Source: an uncultured Dehalococcoidales bacterium (GTDB lineage: Bacteria > Chloroflexota > Dehalococcoidia > Dehalococcoidales > Fen-1064). From it: a DNA stretch of 53,452 bases. The notes beneath the pieces are model-generated. The model was not told the DNA's origin, ran no database searches, and worked only from the letters and a program-made list of their open reading frames with translations. Shown in pieces: positions 53,296 through 53,452 of this stretch (positions are counted from its first letter, which is position 1; every line of letters starts with the position of its first letter). The translations under genes and the position numbers were made by a program. The stretch lies in the NCBI GenBank assembly GCA_964510485.1, contig CAZEBT010000001.1, forward strand, positions 1 to 53,452, in the 5' to 3' direction.

Positions 53296-53452
53296 ATGGC
53301 ACGAGGTATTCTTCTCATAAATACCAATGTTGCCAGACCGCCGGTTAGCCCGATAGGGCTGGAATATGTTGGCGAGGCACTTGTTGAGGCCGGAGTACCG
53401 GTACAGGTCCTGGACCTTTCTTTTGAGGCAGACTGGAGGGCATCGCTGGCGG
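53296..53452 (+). CDS. B12-binding-domain radical SAM protein, N-terminal fragment (runs off the window)
   Basis: It is not in the track. The ATG at 53296 follows AAGGGGGA and gives MARGILLINTNVARPPVSPIGLEYVGEALVEAGVPVQVLDLSF, typical of the B12-binding N-terminal domain of class B radical SAM enzymes. Confidence 0.5.
   Translation, partial: MARGILLINTNVARPPVSPIGLEYVGEALVEAGVPVQVLDLSFEADWRASLA

Noticed and set aside
1-53452. CRISPR arrays, IS elements or transposases, integrases, tRNA or rRNA genes, toxin-antitoxin pairs or recognisable phage-defence cassettes
   Set aside because: I saw no spaced direct-repeat arrays, terminal inverted repeats flanking an ORF, recombinase motifs or cloverleaf-like segments in any intergenic gap. 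All large ORFs fall into metabolic, transport, pilus or regulatory families. tRNAscan and Rfam scans would be the definitive check.

Overview
This is a gene-dense bacterial chromosomal window with about 50 CDS. Shine-Dalgarno sites are GGAGG-like and many starts are GTG or TTG. I recognised no rRNA, tRNA, CRISPR array, transposase, integrase or prophage signature, so it reads as core or metabolic DNA rather than a mobile island.

Gene content, from left to right:
- 1-1156 (-): a COG1900/DUF39 homocysteine-biosynthesis gene, truncated by the window edge and absent from the ORF track.
- 1287-2873 (+): a PHP phosphoesterase and a crotonase.
- 2882-9693 (-): a LonC-like protease with a degenerate Walker A, PlsY, a thiolase and an adjacent pair of acyl-CoA dehydrogenases, one of which lacks the catalytic Glu.
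- 9781-14231 (-): a membrane-associated operon of two unknown membrane proteins, DUF4350, MoxR and DUF58.
- 14398-15462 (-): a YfcE-like phosphoesterase and CobO.
- 15649-24979: a complete type IV pilus locus with no secretin in the window (pilB, pilC, two pilin-like genes, a PilX-like gene, pilO, a pilM-pilN fusion, pilT, an antisense major pilin and pilD).
- 25289-28575 (+): a GAF-GAF-GGDEF-HD-GYP protein, an atypical NarL/LuxR response regulator lacking the acidic Mg pocket, and a DUF5658 protein.
- 28626-37128: an amidase, an acyl-CoA ligase and a split, convergently arranged Liv-type ABC transporter.
- 37367-41339: a WYL-only protein, a CocE/NonD hydrolase and an orphan ADP-forming acyl-CoA synthetase alpha subunit.
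- 41459-48663 (-): a tight corrinoid operon of a MetH-activation-like protein, two non-Pyl MttB paralogs, a corrinoid protein, a class I SAM methyltransferase and a Cys-less AsnB-like amidoligase.
- 48664-49239: a 576-bp gap with no annotated gene.
- 49240-51449 (-): a TetR-controlled AbfD/HpaB-family enzyme with a palindromic operator.
- 51712-53452: a CelD-like GNAT, a PPC/DUF296 protein and the start of a B12-binding radical SAM gene.

The gene repertoire (many MttB genes, beta-oxidation, archaeal-type homocysteine synthesis, pilus locus without a secretin) suggests Chloroflexota or Dehalococcoidia. That is inference only.

The candidates most worth follow-up are the corrinoid/MttB operon, which has a non-canonical partner set, and the pilus locus with its repeated intergenic motifs and adjacent c-di-GMP module. 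I see no clear-cut new defence or mobile system. All calls rest on reading the translations and DNA by eye; no searches were run.
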